Shown here in pieces: positions 49,141 to 63,438 of a stretch of DNA of 64,000 nt. This DNA comes from Octopus sinensis. Taxonomy: Eukaryota. The position numbers and the translations under genes are program-made. The notes under the pieces were generated by a model, which searched no databases, was not told where the DNA came from, and worked only from the letters and a program-made list of their open reading frames with translations. Location of the stretch: contig NC_043004.1 of the NCBI RefSeq assembly GCF_006345805.1, forward strand, positions 79,298,001 to 79,362,000. The letters are read 5' to 3'. How positions within the stretch are numbered: the first letter of the stretch is position 1; every line of letters begins with the position of its first letter.

Positions 49141-52100
49141 GTATGTCTTGTACGTACGTACACGCACACACACAGATATATATGGTGGGCAAGTAGCAGA
49201 TTGATTAGAATGTCAGTTAAAATACCTTGTGACTTTTGTTCTACTTGTCTACACTCTGAGTTCAAATTCCATTAAGGTCAACTTGTGGGCTTGATAAATA
49301 AAATACCAGCCCTGTACTGTCCTGTGGTTGATTCTTCACTTTTTTTCCTGCCTGTCTTTCTCTCTTTCTGGAAGAAATCAACTGTAGTGGTCAGATTTGA
49401 GATGTCCTAAAACACTGTCCAAGAGTTGAAGGGCCAAGACAAAGCAAGGTGTGTGTGTGTGTGTTTAATCCCTGTCCTATGATCAAAGATTCCTGCCAAA
49501 ACATTTAAGATTACAGTATCCATTATATCTTTTATTATTATCAACAGCGGAATGTGACAAAGTAGATTTAGCTGCTATTTCTTGCAGGCTCACTGCTCAT
49601 ATACGCACCCTTCTCATTGGCCCATCTTATACACTTTTAAGATATTGCTCTACCAATTCATGAGTTCAAATCTTGTTCAGGTACATTATTGTGTCTCTAG
49701 GTACAATGCCCTAAACAAGATAAGTTTTTACTTCTAGTCACCAAACTGCTGAAATGAGTATCAAAGATTCTGTGGAAGTTTGTCTGCTATAGTCCAAGAT
49801 CATGCAGATGGATAATATTTGTCTCTCATTTAATGCTGTCAGTGAAAAGATTAAATTTTTGATTATAAACCAAAGATTATCCTTGATTGTTGTATGTTGG
49901 GAGGATCAGTTTGTTAATAAAATCACTGGTTCTAGATCACTTGATTATTATTATTAATATTATTATTGTTATTATTATTATTGGGGCCTTGTGCCTGGAG
50001 TAGAAAAGATTATTATTATTAAGGCAACAAGCGAAATGCTTAGCGGTATTACGCCCGTTGCTATGTTCTGTGTTCAAATTCCTTTCAGGGTCGATAAATT
50101 AAGTACCAGCTATGCACTGGGGTTGATGTAATTGACTAGTCCTCTTCCTCCAAATTTCAGGCCTTGTATCTATAGTAGAAAGGATTATTATTATTATTAT
50201 TCATGCTATAGTCCAACCCATGCTAGCATGGAAAACGGACGTTAAACGATGATGATGATGATGAATTTTCAAATGCTGTCAAGGTTGACTTTACCTTTCA
50301 TCCTATCAGGGTTGATGAAATAAGTACCAGTTACATACGGGGGTTGATATAACCAACTAGCTCCCTTCCCCAAAAGTTTTCAAGGCCTTGTGCCTGGAGT
50401 AGAGATAATAATAATTATTATTATTAATTTTCAAATGCTGCTGGGGTCAGCTTTGCCTTTCATCCTTTCAGGGTCCATAAATTAAGTACCAGTTACACAT
50501 TAGGGTCGATGTAATTGCCTGGTCCCCTCCCCACAAATGTCAGGCCTTGTGCCTTTAGTAAAAAGGATTATTACTATGCAGAAACTATGCAACGTCGGGT
50601 CATAGTGCTAGTCAACTATAAAGATGGTGAGCTGGCAGAATTGTTAGCACAATTGGCAAAATACTTAACAGCATTTTGTTTTTGTCTTTATGTTTTGAGT
50701 TCAAATTTTGCCGAGGTGACTTTGCCTTTCATCTTTTTGGAATCGTTAAAATAAAGTACCAGTGAAGTATCTACATCAACTAGCCCCTTGATGTCTATCT
50801 ACATCAACTAGCCCCTTCCCCACCAACAAAATTGCAGGCTTTGTACCTATAACAGAAAAAATTATTAATCAAATATTTAATTATTCAAAACTAATAATTT
50901 GTTCAATCGATCAATCAGTTTGTTCGTCAGAGTCTGTTTGTTGTCATTCCTCATCAATGACTTGCCTTTGTCACTCCGGGTGTGCCACACCTGACGAGAT
51001 CTGGAATAACAAACTAAACAGTTGCTTCTCTAATTATTTGATCAGGTCACCTGATTGAATGATTAGCCAAGCAATTGATTTGTTAATTGGTTAATTAGGT
51101 AATTAATAATAATTCTTTTACCTTTTACTTGTTCCATTCATTACAGTAGCCATGCTGGGGCACCACTTTGAAGAATTTTTAGTGAATGAATTGACCCCAG
51201 GACTTTTTTTTTAAGCTTGGTACTTATTTTCTCGGTTTCTTTTGTTGAACTGCTAAGTTAGAGGAACATTTAAATTTTCTTTAAAACTTGGCACAAGTCC
51301 AGCGGTTTCGAAGTGAGGCAGCAAGTCGATCATATCAACCCCCAGTACTTGACTGGTACTTTATCAATCGCCAAAAGGAGGAACAGCAAAGTCATCCTTT
51401 GTAGAATTTGAACCCAGAATGACAAAGCTAGAAGAAATACAGCTACACATTTTGCCTGATGGCGTAATGATTCTATCAGCTCACTGCCTTAACTGATAAT
51501 ATTAGAAAGAAGTAAAATAGAACCAGTGCATGTGTGTTCATTGGCAAAATGACCCTCTTATTAGTACCACTTTGATATTGTGGCATTAGTTTACTTTTTT
51601 CAAATAACCACATAATACAAAGCAAAAAAAAAGCTTGTGAAGGTCATAAGCATGACTCATTCTGCCAGAATAAACCTATAAAAAAAAATGAAAAGAATAT
51701 TGGTGATAAAAGCAATAACAGAGTCGGAACTTTTAGCTTTTTAAGTTAATAAAACTTTGAAAAAGCTGTGTAAAAAAGGGACAGATTATAAACAACCTTT
51801 CAAAAGTATAATTGTGTTATTTGTTTGTTTTATGTCCATGTTCCTATGGTAGCATGGGTTAGATGAATAGAAATTATTATCGTTTTGTTTTTACTGCTGA
51901 TTGCCCTTCCTGTTAACTCTTAACTATTTTTCATGTAAGGACATTTTCATTCCACTTAATCTTCGAAAGCAGAACATTTCCATCCAAAGAATATCTCCAA
52001 ACATTACCATCCAACGCTCTGCTTTTTGATGGAATTGCAGTATAAGTCTTTACACACATATAAGCAATGGAATTTGTAGTTTCTGGCTTCCATGCTGGTG

Positions 52101-54235
52101 GCGCGCAATAAGCACCATTCATGTGTCAGTCATTGCCAGTGCCACCTGAGTGGCTCCCCGTGCCGGTGACATGTAAAAAGCACCATCTGAATGTGGTTCA
52201 TGCCAGCCCCCTCACCCCAACTGGCTCTTGTGCTGGGGAGCCACTCAGGTGGCACTGGCAAGGACCGATACATGAATGGTGCTTATTGCGTGCCACCAGC
52301 ATGGGAGCCAGAAACCACAAATTCCATTGCTTATATGTGTGTGAAGACTTATACTGCAATTCTACCACTACACTCAGAGTGGTTGGCGTTAGGAAGAGCA
52401 TCCAGCTGTAGAAACATTCTCAGGTCAGAATGGAGCCTGGTGCAGCCTCCTGGCTTGCCAGACCCCAGTCAAACCTTCCAACCCATGCCAGCATGGAAAG
52501 CGGACGTTAAACGATGATGATGATGATTTACCAAATTCACTCATTAGTTGGCTCAGATCTATAGTGGAAGACACTTGCCCAAAGTACTATACAGTAGGTC
52601 TGAAACCAAAACCACTTGGTTGGTTCCGGGTTTATAGAATTTCAATGTTATTAAAAATGAAGGTGGAAGGTTGGCAGAATCGTTAGCGCTCTGCATAAAA
52701 TGCTTTGCAAGCATTTCATCTGTCTTTACATTCTGAGTTCAAATTTCACCGAGGCCTACTTTGCATTTCATCTTCCTGGGATCAATAAAATAAATACCAG
52801 TTGTGTACCGGGGTCAATATAATTGACTTAGTCCTCCCTCCCAAATTCTTAAACCTTTGCTGAAATTTGAGCCCATCATAGTAGTGTGCTGGTAGAATCA
52901 TTAGCATACCAGGCTAACTGTTTTGTGGTATTTCATAAGCTTTACATTCTGAGTTCAAATTCTGCCAAGGTCAGCTTTGCCTTTCATCCTTTTGGGGCTG
53001 ATAAAATAAGTACCAGTTGAAAACCTGGGGTTGTTGCTATCAATTAAGCCCCTCCTCCAAAATGTGTGCCAAAATTTAAAGCCAGTATTTTATTCACAAC
53101 TTAAAAGAAATAACATGCTCTCTGCCAGCAAACAAAATATAACTGTACACAGGACGTTTTTCTGGAAAGTTCTTTTTGGTATGAACAAAATTTTCCCACC
53201 AACTTGTATATTCACAATATACAAGTATTACCTAATTATTACAAAAAAAAAATACCAGCTAGCAACAACTCCATACATTGATTGCTAAATAATTGTGTGT
53301 CCTTAGGAAATCAGAATAACCAACATGTTCCCTCCTGTATTTCCAGTAATGAAGCATATATTGAATATAGATTTCTATTCACAGAAATCTATAGTTTGTA
53401 ATCTGCAAGCTGTTGTAATTTACAGCTCTTGCATGGCAACGCATTATTGATTGAGGAGTTTTGATTTTTAGACGTTTAAGGTTCCATGTGGTTTTGAATT
53501 TATAACCTATTTTTAAAATTTAGTTTGGAGAACAGAGCCAGTATACATATTCTGTGTGGACCTTTCTTAATTGATGTGGTCAATACAAATGATGTCCAGG
53601 TTGAATTCCTGCTGGTCAGGGTCAGTATCTCTAAGGAGAAAATGTGGACAGGGCCTTATTCAAGAGACTAGATTGCCTCTCGTGGCCCCAATATAATGTG
53701 TTATTGAAGATTTTGTTCATGGGAGTGGTATGTATCCAGTGAGAAATACCTAGACTGCATAGAGATAGCACTCAGGTGGTGAAGATTACGGAATCGGTTA
53801 TGGTACCGTTATCTTCGTAGGAATGGTAAGAGTGTATGCAGTGAGGAGAAACCTTAAGCTGATCATTGATGTCATTATCATCATTGTACTGTCCACTTTG
53901 CCATGTTTGCATGGCACAGATGGAATATCCCAAGGCAGATTTTCTATGGGCAAATATCCCTTCCCTCTCACCAAACCTTAACTGCTTCTAAGGAAGATAT
54001 TTCCCTTTAGCCAGACATGTTCCCATGGATAAAGACAGAATAGTTGGAGACATCTAGCCTTTGTGGGAGAGTCGTGCTGATAGAATCTGACACTCCATTG
54101 ATTATGACGATGCAAGTTCTAGTTGATCACAATCAATTGAACAGCCTGCTCATGAAACTAGCATGCATGTGGCTGAATACTCCACACACGTGACCCTTAA
54201 CATAGTTATTTTGCTAAATTCTTTGTTATATTTAA

Positions 54236-54456
54236 CCCCTTCGATACTGTCTTTATTTTGAGATGTTCTGTGTTTCTTTCAATTACTTTAAATATAACAA
54301 AGAATTTAGTAAAATAACTTAGTTATCATTCAGCTAGTGATAGGAACATAAATTGTGCCTAAGGTTTGGTGGAAGACTTTAATTCAGAATTTATAAAAAC
54401 GAGACATTTGTTCTACAGACCCTGAGGTAGTTTCAGCTGGGTTGGTAATGAAAGGG
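54236..54456. mobile_element. piggyBac-type MITE, same family as 63224-63438
   Basis: TTAA|CCCCTTCGATAC...GGTAATGAAAGGG|TTAA with a shared internal sequence. Confidence 0.8.
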
Positions 54457-55191
54457 TTAATCACATTTATAAAATAGTGAATAATTTAGCTCAGAACAGA
54501 AAATCTGAAAGGCTTCAGCAAACATCAGTCTTTGTCAGGTTGCCAGTTGTTGCTTATAAATTGGCGAGTATTGTGATACAGCTATTGATTTTTTTAAAAA
54601 TAAACCTGATATGCAACCTAAATTTCAAACCTTAGTCAAAATCAATTCAATTTACATTGATAATGCTCTTTTTGTATAAAGTCTCATGACTGCTACTGGG
54701 AAAATGAAATCCAGTACAACTTGTTGCATCGTTGGGTTGTCAGCGACTAAACCAGCACCCCTATTTAGTCTATGTTAAAGCATGTCTCTAGAACCCCCTT
54801 CAGACCCAGGTTACATCTACTCTGATAATTGGCCATGACTTGGTCAGCAAATCCTCTGTGATAGTCAATAATCGATGGACTGCTGCAAACCACACTATCC
54901 CAAAGTGTGTATACATATGTCCAGGGACCACATGTGAACCTGTATTCATGCTGAAATGCCAAAGATGAAATAACTTGTAGGTCGGAGCTGGCTCAACCCA
55001 CCCTGGGTGGATGTTGCTGCAAGGAGAAGTAAGTAGCCATAGATGTTCTTTAGGATAAACAGGAATGTACAGAGATTGAACCTGAAACCATGTGGTTACA
55101 AAGCAAGCTTCTTAACCACGCATATTTCCAGATTTATCCTCTCAACAGAACAAGAAAGTGAAAAAAAAAAAATCTTGATACTTTGTATTAA

Positions 55192-55667
55192 CCCTTTTGA
55201 TACGAACCTGGCTGAAACCAGCTCTGGCTCTGAGTACAAATGTCTTGTTTTCATAGGTTTGAATTAAAATATTCCACTGAACCTTAGTCACAATTTGTGC
55301 TCCTAACACTAGCTGAAAGATAACTAAGCTATTTTACTAAATTCTTTGTTATATTTAAAATTAATTGAAAGAAATACAGAGCATCTCAAAATAAATACAG
55401 TAACAAAAGGGTTAAAATATATAATAAAGAAACAATTCTTAACCCTTTTGATACCAACCTGGCTGAAATCACCTCTGACTCTGTTGTACAAATGTCTTGT
55501 TTTCATAAGTTCTGAATTAAAATCTTCCATCAAAGCTTAGTCACAATTTATGTTCCTAACACTTGCTTAATGATAACGAAGTTATTTTACTAAATTCTTT
55601 GTTATATTTAAAATTAATTGAAAGAAACACAGCATCTCAACAGAAATACAGTAACAAACGAAAAGGA
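55192..55667. mobile_element. Two tandem piggyBac-type MITE copies (opposite orientation to the 63.2 kb copy)
   Basis: TTAA|CCCTTTTGATAC..AAAAGGG|TTAA at 55192-55411 and a second copy from 55443. Confidence 0.78.
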
Positions 55668-58629
55668 TTAAAATGAAATGCAACCTTTACTGGATATTCT
55701 GTTTATTCAGACTAAAATGAAATTTGCCTCAATCCTTTACCGTTCAAATTACTCTGTCAAGTGATTTGCTTATTTATTAGATGTTTTGAATTTATCATAC
55801 TTTATCTCATAGCTTTGAGATTTCAATATTATTGTTTATTTTTAGTATGACATTGTAAAGCACTGGTGTTGGTGCCATGTAAAAGGTTTTTAGTACACTC
55901 TGTAAAGTGGTTGGCATTAGGAAAGGCATGAAGCTGTAGAAACCATGCCAAAACAGACTATGGAACCTGGTGCGGTTCCTGGCCTTGCAAATTCCTGTCA
56001 AGTCGTCCACCCCATGCCAGCTTGGAAAACAGATATTGATGGTGATGATTGTAAGGTAAATGTGAAAGTTGGAATCTGGCCATTTTGAGTACAAAACAGG
56101 TAGGACCTTTGGGCCAAATATGGTTAGTTTAGATGCTAAAGGGTTAAACCAGACCTCCAATTTTCTCAATAAAAAAAAGCAATACTAACACAACAAATAT
56201 TACTTTAACATAATTAAACCTTGAACATTCAAACTAGCCACATCCAGTCCAAATATTCTGTTTTATATTGATTGGAACTAGCCATATCCAGCTTCTCACA
56301 TTTACCCTACAATATTATTCTAAAATAAAACAATTACATCATCAAATTCAAAACAATGTGAAAAATAAGCATTACATTTGACAGAATAACCAGGATGCTT
56401 AAAGATTAAAATGCTTCTTTTTTTTTTTATTTTTCATAATTTCACGAGAGAAAGAATAAAAGTTTTGACACAAAACACTGAATAATATTAATAAATTTTA
56501 TTAACAGTTTACATTGATTTGAAAAAGAGAAAACCATTTTCAAGTCGGTACTTACTTTTCATTGGAAACAAAATGTGGTATTTTATTAGTGAAATACCTT
56601 TCTTGTAACAATTTGAAGAATCTCTCTAAGAGTAATTTTACAAGAAATCATATACTGTAACAATTTCCACATGAACAATTCTAAAGATTTTAATAATTCA
56701 TGCTCTATAAATTTTAAAATTAAATTAGACATGTGTGTGTTTTATACATCACAAGAAATAGACAAACCTATTGTCTCTTAAAGAAGTAGAGAAGTTTAAA
56801 TTTTGCATCCTTATTTCAAAGAACTTTCGGGTCAAATAAGATATTTCTGAGGAGTGAAATTGTAATCTCTAACAGTTAAAAGAGCCAGCTGTCACTTGCA
56901 AGCTTTTACGGCTTGCTGACATGTATCATACTTTCTGCTTTTACTAATTGTTTCAGTATTTTAAGTGCATGTATAGTCATGAGCACACATCGACAGCCTC
57001 TCGATCCTCCTGCCCTTTGCCCCAACTTCACATCTAAGAGGGGACATCTGGAGGGAGAGAGAATTACACCAGCTGGTGCAACTCTCTCTCTCCCTGGAGC
57101 ATTGTTAGATGAAGTACCTTGCTCAAGGTCACAATGTGGTGCCTGTTTCCAGGAATGGTACTCGTGGCATTAAGATCGAGCCAAACACCCACATGACATG
57201 AAACAGTAATGAGACATTATTAACACATAAAATTCTTCGGAGTAGCACTCTCATTTTGGTTGTAAGATCTATGTTTTGACTTCTATAGCCAGGGACTGTC
57301 TTCAGCTCCCTGTTGTCAGTAAAGTTCTCAAAATTTTTAAAGGGTTTAGCATAGAAAGTAACAACATATTAGGGCTTTTAAATATGAAAGATAGAACATT
57401 AAGTCTAAGACTTATCATTTTCAACATTTAACATCTACTTTTCCATGCTAGCATGGGTTGGATAAAGTTTATTGAGGCAGATCTTCCATGGCAGGATGCC
57501 CTTCCAGTTGCCAACCCTCACCTGTTTCCAAGTAAGGGAATATTTTCCCCATGGTCAGATATGTTTTCATGGAAGATTGAAAAACAAGGCACCCACTTGT
57601 ATAACAGTGGTGCTCCTTTACAACTAACATGCAATTTCAAGACAAGGAGATACTAACACACAATGGATTTCTTTCAGTTTTTGTTTATGCACAAGGCTTT
57701 GGTCGGCCCAGGGCTAGAGTAGAAGACACTTACCCAAGGTGCTACACAGTGGGACTGAACCTGGAACCATGTGGTTGGGAAGCAAAATTCTTAACCACAC
57801 AGCCCCACATAAATTTAAAGCCCCTAATTACCATTACCTAATTGTCCTGTGGAACAGTATTATAGTCAATATAAACATTAAGCGTTTAGATGGTGGGTGT
57901 GAGTTCAAAACCTGGGTCAGTGAATGTGCGTGTTTCTGTATTTGCTCCACTGCTTTACTGACTGAATTTTATAAAGCAATAATTTCTTACAAAGCTATAA
58001 AGCCTTTGATTTTTTTTCATAAGGGAGGAGGAAAGAGATTCTGTGATGTTCATGGTATTCTTAAAAGGTATCAGAAAAGTTGTCAAACGAAACACTTCAT
58101 CCTACAAACAAGAATTGAAATTGGTTTACTCTGGCGGGTAAACCATTCTACTTTTGTAGAATGGTATTCATTGCCAAGATAAACTGTCTTTGCCATTCCA
58201 AATGACATTTAGATACAATGCAAGAGATGGCAATTTCTCTGGGAAAAAATGTTTTATGTAAATACTGAGAACAAAATACATTATGTTTTAATTTGTATTT
58301 TTGCAGCCATGGGGGCTTTCTATCACCTTGTAAGCTACGAAGTGACCCTATTAGGGATGGCACTACCAAGAACACATCAGCACTCCAAACATTCTAAGTG
58401 ATTGGTAAATTGAAGCAAGCTGTGACAAGACAGGGTTTGAGAGAGTTCTTTTGTTTTGCTGAGAACAAGATAATCTCTCAAGTGCTGATACTAAAAGAAA
58501 GGAAAAGACCCCAGTACACTCAGGAATGGCATCCAACTATAGGGACCAGGACAAAAATGAGACTTTGACTCAAGACATAATTCTCCAACTTATCAGATCC
58601 TGTTATACTATCCGGCCCATGGAAAACAG

Positions 58630-59045
58630 ATATTTGTTCTCATCTTGTTTGTTGTTAACACAATGTTTCAGCCTTCATCGGGTGTCTTGGGGAAATTTCA
58701 AACCTGGGTTCTCATTCCTAAGGTATTTTTCCATGTTATTATTATTATAATTATTCAGGTCACTGCCTGGAATCAAACTCAGAATCTTGGAGTTAGTAAC
58801 CTGGGCTCTTAACCGCTACACCATATATCCATGGGCCCAAGATTCCGAGTTCGATTCCAGGCAGTGACCTGAATAATAATATCGAAAAATACCTTAGGAA
58901 TGAGAATCCAGATTTGAAATTTCCCCAAGACACCTGATGAAGGCTGGAGGGTATATCAGCTGAAACGTTGTGTTAACAACAAACAAGATGAAGACAAATA
59001 TCCGTCAAATGTAAATAATTCCTCATCTCTTAAATATAGAACTGT
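58630..59045. mobile_element. Inverted pair of family D repeats; best-preserved minimal hammerhead at 58929-58974 (+)
   Basis: GACAC-CTGATGA-A-GGCTG(GAGGGTATAT)CAGCT-GAAA-CG-TT-GTGTT. The minus copy has a deletion collapsing stem II. Confidence 0.68.
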
Positions 59046-62000
59046 GAAATGATGATGTTTAAACAACAAGCAAGTGGAATCACCAAATGAGAATAATAAC
59101 CGGGTGTTTCAAAGAAAGGGGTCAGTTTGAAATTCCAAGAATGTTACCAAAAATGACCAGCATCTGAAGAATGTGACATAGCACAACGTTCAAAATATTG
59201 TGACTATATAATAATAAGCAAGATTAGGACACCGGGTTGAGTAAAATAAAATAAAAAATCTGAGTACAAAATTTGGTAATCTCAAAAATCAGCCAGTATT
59301 GAAGCAATGAAATAACTTATGTGTATGTGTGAGTGTAAAATGCCCCCAGTGCACTCTATAAAGTGGTTGTTGTTAGGAAGTGCATCCAGCCATAGAAACC
59401 ATGCCTAAACAGACAATTGGAGCTCCTAGCCTTACCAGCTCCTGTCAAATTGTCCAACCCATGCCAGCATGGAAAATGGACATTAAATGATGGTGCCGCC
59501 TTGACTGGCTTCCGTGTCGGTGGCACGTAAAAACCACCAGCTGATCGTGGCTGTTGCCAGCCTCCCCAGGCACCTGTGCTGGTGGCACATAAAAAACACC
59601 ATCCGTACGTGGTCGATGCCAGCGCCACCTCACCTGGCACGTAAAAAGCACCCACTACACTCATGAAGTGGTTGGCGTTAGGAAGAGCATCCAGCTGTAG
59701 AAACACTGCCAGATCAGACGGGAGCCTGGTGCAGCCTCCTGGCTTCCCAGACCCCGGTCGAACCGTCCGACCCATGCTAGCATGGAAAACGGACGTTAAA
59801 CAATGATGACGATGGTGTGTGTATTAAGGTTAATGAGATATATCTTAAATCTAATGATATATTTGTTATGTGAACTCATTTAAAAAAATTTCTATTAATA
59901 ATCAGAATTCCTCTTGTAAAGTGTAATGCCTTAAAAGAAACATTGGTTACCAAAAAAAAAAAAAATGTTTAACCCTTTCGCTTTGAAGTGGCCAAAATAT
60001 TCTGTTTTATGTTCAAACCAGCCAGATCTAGCTTCTCACACCTACCTTACAATGTCATTCTAAAAATAGACAATCACATCATCAAAGTTTTGAAGCTATG
60101 AGATAATGCAAGATTAATTCAAAACAATGTGAATAAAGAAACAATACATTTGACAGAGTAATTTGAATGTTAAAAGGTTTAAAAAGCACAGATTGGATAG
60201 TGTAGCTGGGGATAAATGGTGTGCATCTCTGGAAATGTGGGATGGTCATGGCTGGAATGTTCTTAAACAAAGATGTGTTTGATCAACACCAACCTCAGGC
60301 TAAATTGCATCAAAATAAAAAAAAAACCTTTCATTTTCATGTAGAAAATCAGTTTGACAGAGAGAAACTATCTCCAAACTTAAATGCATGAACAGATTAC
60401 AGCTCAACCCTTTTGATATGAACCCACCTTAAATTGAACCTGGTTCTATGATTAACAAAAAAAAAAAAGAATTGTAGTAGAATGATCTTAAAATTTTGAG
60501 TTAATTTATGATCTAAATATTAGATTAATGATGACAAAAATATTTAAAATAAATTGTTTGTTATTTTCAAAATTAATTGTAATACAGACAGAGTATTTCA
60601 ACAAAAATGTGGAAACAAAACGGTTAGATGCATTCCAACTCAAATGAAGATTGTTATGATTAAAATGAGAATGAAATGATGAAGAAATTTCAGGTCTTGC
60701 TCATTGGACTACGGCCATGCTGGGGCACTGCCTCGAAAGGTTTAGCTGAACAATCAATCCCAGTATTGTTTTTAAAGTCTGGTACATCCTCTATTAGTCT
60801 CTTTTGCTGAACTGCAAAGTTACAAGGACATAAACAAACCAACACCAGTTGTTAAGTAGTGGCAGATGAAGACAAATACAAACACACACAAATGGGCTTC
60901 CACACAGTTTCCATCAACCAAATTTACTCACAGTCCAGAGTCTATAGGAGAAAACACTTGCCCAAGGTACCATGCAGTGGGACTGAACCGAAAACCATGT
61001 GGTTGCAAAGTGAGCCTTTTAACCCACACAGCCATGCTCATGCCTATGATAAATTCGTTACATTTATTTTTACAAATACAATTAATTGTTTTAATAGTCT
61101 AAAAGACATTACAGTATCAAGGTAACATTTATGGAAAAAGAAAAACATAAAACATTGTTCTTTTACTTGTTTCAGTCATGCTGGAGCACCACCTCTAATC
61201 AAACAAATCGACCCCAGGACTTCTTTGTAAGCCTAATGATTATTCTATCGGCTTCTTTTGTTGAACCACTAAGTTAGGGGGACAGAAACACACCAACATC
61301 AATTGTCAAGCGATGGTGGTGGGGACAAACACATACACAAAAATACAAATATATACGACGGACTTCTTTCAGTTTCTGTCTACCAAATCCACTCACAAAT
61401 CTTTGGTTGGCCTGAGGCTATAGCAGAAGACACTTGCCCAAGGTGCCAAGCAGTGGGACTGAACCTAGAACCATGTGGTTGGGAAGCAAGCTTCTTAGCA
61501 CACAGCCACTTGTGCTTTTTTTTTTTTTGTTTTTTACTGGTTAGTTTGGTCCTCATTTATAACACCTCCCCTTCTCGTTACTACAATATCTTATTCCCCA
61601 TTAAAATTATTCCTGTTGCAGTAAGCCTAACTATCTAAGCCTCAACAAACCTGCAAACCATAAACTCTCAGCTACAAGTTGCTATGACACAAATTTCTAC
61701 CCTAAACAGTGCTGAAAAAATTTCTACCCAAATACATTTGCGACACGTTTTTAGCTTTTGTTTTTGTCTCCTAACACACCCCACATAAAATGAAATAAAT
61801 TGGTTTCAAATTTTAGCACAAGACCAGCAATTTTAGAAGAGGGATAAGTCAATTATACTGTCCCCTCAACTGGTACTTATTTTATTGAGCCCGAAAAGTT
61901 GAAAGGTAACGTCTACCTGGGTGGAATTTAAAACAGATGAAATGTCACTAAGCATTGTGTCCAGTATGCTAATGATCCAGCCAGCCTGCCGTCCTCATAA

Positions 62001-62589
62001 AATGAAATATCATAAACAACTATGTCCTTGATATTTTATTTTATTAGCCTTGTTGGGAAGGGTCTCCAGCTATAAGAGAAACCATGCCAAAGTAGTAGGC
62101 ATTGGAACTTGGCACAATCCTCCAGCTTACCACCCCATCAACCCATCCAACCTATGCCAGCATGGAAAACAGACAATAAATGATGTCTTCAAAGATATGG
62201 TCTTTAGATAAGCTTGCACCAACTTCCATGGGACCTTGAACTCTCCTGTGTTAAGCCCAACCTTCAAGCCTTATCTTCAATTTCAATTAGGCCTCATAAG
62301 ATGACATTCAATCGGTCAGCATCATCTTAATGTCTGCTTTCCTATGCTTGCATAGGCAGGAGAGTTTATGGAGGCAGATTTTCTATGGTTGGATGCCCTT
62401 CCTATTGCTAACCCTTACCTGTTTCCAAACAAGGTAATATTCCCCCATGGCCAGGCACATTTTTGCAGAATATTGGAAATGAATAACACTGCTTGTATGA
62501 CAGGGACACTCATTTACAACTATCACATGATGTCATGACAAGGAGATACAAGACATGCAGTCACACACACAAACATATTGTGCGGCATT

Positions 62590-62777
62590 CACCATGATTG
62601 ATTGCCAGCCACTAAACCATTTTTTATTTTCTTTCTGTTTATTTCTGTGTTCCTTTCTGTTGAAGAGCATAGGCTCAAAATGTAAAAGACTTTCTCACTT
62701 CCCAAGCATTAAACTATTATACCTGTTTGTTGTTTACACACCTGTCTTCATCTTTTGTTTCGTTTTTTTGTAAATTC

Positions 62778-62780
<3 letters not shown>
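62590..62780 (+). mobile_element. Third Penelope-LTR-like repeat (family F) with a decayed minimal hammerhead at 62653-62688
   Basis: cttt-CTGTTGA-a-gagc(atag)gctc-AAAA-tg-ta-aaag. Two CpG-type changes restore GAAA-CG, and stem I cttt/aaag is intact. Confidence 0.4.
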
Positions 62781-62821
<41 letters not shown>

Positions 62822-63223
62822 TGTGTAAACACATACAATGGATTTCTTTCAGGTGCCATCTACTAGGTAGACTTACAAAGCTTTGGTCAGCTTCAGGCTA
62901 CGGTAGAAGACACTTGTCTGTCATATGACCACACAGTGGAACTGAACTCAAGACCATGTGGTTGGGAAGCAAACCGCTAAAGTATGAAGGAAAAAAAAAA
63001 GAAAGAACCAAAAAGGGAAATAATCAAGAGGAGTGAAGCATCTCAATCTCTCGAGTTCTCTTAAAATTACCAATGCTACACAAGCAGATCCATGGTTCTT
63101 AATTCCTAAATTATTATTCCAAATAAGACACAGTGCTGAAGATAAATGGAAAACAGAAATATTTCAATGGAAGGCATAAAACACTGTTGCTGATATCTTT
63201 AATATTTAAAAAAAATTCTTTAA

Positions 63224-63438
63224 CCCTTTCGTTACCGTATTCCTGTTGAGATGCTCTGTGTTTCTTTCAATTAATTTTAAATATAACAAAGAATTTAGTA
63301 AAATAACTTAGTTATCATTCAGCTAGTGTTAGGAACATAAATTGTGACTAAGGTTTGGTGGAAGATTTTAATTCAAAACTTATGAAAACAAGACATTTGT
63401 ACTCAGAGCTGGTTTCGGCCAGGTTGGTAACGAAAGGG
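63224..63438. mobile_element. piggyBac-type MITE (TTAA TSD, CCC ends)
   Basis: TTAA|CCCTTTCGTTACC...GGTAACGAAAGGG|TTAA. Confidence 0.85.

Noticed and set aside
53570-53870. Possible decayed GIY-YIG remnant (HYIGATR on the minus strand)
   Set aside because: The motif is too short and surrounded by stops; it cannot be supported without a profile search.
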